Shown piece after piece: positions 63,123 to 64,000 of a DNA stretch of 64,000 nt. A model generated the notes under the pieces. It did not search any database, was not told the DNA's origin, and saw nothing but the letters and a program-made list of their open reading frames with translations. Positions within the stretch are counted from its first letter, which is position 1, and each line of letters opens with the position of its first letter. The stretch lies in contig CAVUWD010000020.1 in assembly GCA_963745025.1 (NCBI GenBank), forward strand, positions 207,527 through 271,526, read 5' to 3'. The stretch comes from an uncultured delta proteobacterium (lineage in GTDB: Bacteria > Desulfobacterota > Binatia > JACPRU01). Position numbers and translations under genes: made by a program.

Positions 63123-64000
63123 AGCACCGTCTGGCCGTCGCGCTCCTGCGCCTGCTCCCAGCGTTCGATCAGCAGCCCCAGCTCCTGGTCGCGGCCGACC
63201 AGCGGAGTGAGCATGCTCGGGTCCACGTCGAGGCGGCTGCGCACGCCGGTGGCCTGCAGCACGGCGTAGGCGCGGATCGGCGTGGCGACGCCCTTGAGCG
63301 GCGGGGTGCCGAGATCCTGCAGCAGGAACATGCCCGGGACGAGCCGCTGCGTGGCGCCGCTGATCACCACCGTGTCCGGCGCGGCCACGGCTTCGAGGCG
63401 CGCGGCGATGTTCGTGGTGTCGCCGAGGGCGAGGGTCTCGCTCTTCGCGCCGCCGCCCATCGCGCCGATCACCACCGGGCCGGTGTGGATGCCGACGCGC
63501 GCCGCCAGACGGAGGCCGTGCTTGGGCTCGAGCGCATCGTTCAACGTGCGCAGCGCGGCGAGGATCTCGAGCCCGGCGCGCACTGCGCGCTCGGCATCGT
63601 CCTCGTGGGCCTGCGGATAGCCGAAGTACACCAGCAGCCCGTCGCCCAGGTACTGGGCGATGTGCCCCGCGTAGCGTTCGATCACCGCGGCCGCCGCCTC
63701 CTGATAGGCGCGCACGACGCTGCGCAGGTCCTCGGCGTCGAGGCGCTGGGAGAGATCGGTCGAGCCCACCAGGTCGCAGAACATCACGGTGAGCTGGCGG
63801 CGCTCGGCGGCTTCGGCCGGGCCGGGTGCCGCCGGTGCCAGTTCAGGTGGAGCGGCTGGCTGCGCCGCGGCCTGCTCGCTGAGAGGTGCGCCGCACTCGC
63901 CGCAGAACCGCTCTCCCGATTCTCGCTCGCGCCGCACGAGGGGCAGGTCGACTCGAGCCTGACGCCGCAATGGACGCAGAATTTTCGGCCGGCTCGATTC
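63120..64000 (-). pseudogene. Zinc ribbon + class III cyclase gene truncated just before Walker A
   Basis: MFCDLVGST, YLGDG, RVGIHTG, GDTTNIAARL, LVGRDQEL...GQTVLS then breaks into the next paralog. Confidence 0.85.

Noticed and set aside
62642-63994. Template/variable repeat pair of a diversity-generating retroelement
   Set aside because: Mismatches are mostly synonymous and not adenine-specific; no reverse transcriptase in the window.

Overview
High-GC bacterial chromosome window. Gene content (F420-dependent LLM, glnD-xerD-S2P-trpS-scpAB-rluB, double-zinc-ribbon cyclase/ATPase paralogs) suggests a deltaproteobacterial or Ca. Binatia-like organism; this is an inference. 1-32.4 kb is core genome: ABC exporter, aceE, gltBD with an Lrp regulator, msrB, mutS, amidase, glnD, xerD, trpS, scpAB, rluB, and an initiator tRNA-Met at 32388-32461. 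The tRNA is followed by an accessory region of about 25 kb that reads as a decayed tandem array of related integrative elements. Its hallmarks are three copies of the tRNA 3'-end att core (32442, 38540, 55756), each entered by the 3' end of a large serine recombinase, and a repeated small backbone. The backbone has a 110-aa hypothetical, Cys-rich peptides, a conserved 99-aa TerS-like ORF and a conserved upstream motif of about 80 bp. Cargo is mostly cell-surface related (three PEP-CTERM genes, an EPS priming glycosyltransferase, a secreted beta-helix protein), plus an IS21, an ISL3 remnant and many gene fragments. The window ends in a deletion-collapsed tandem array of class III cyclase/AAA-ATPase genes. 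Several single-base frameshifts in core genes (gltB, glnD) suggest assembly indel errors, so frameshift-based pseudogene calls are provisional.
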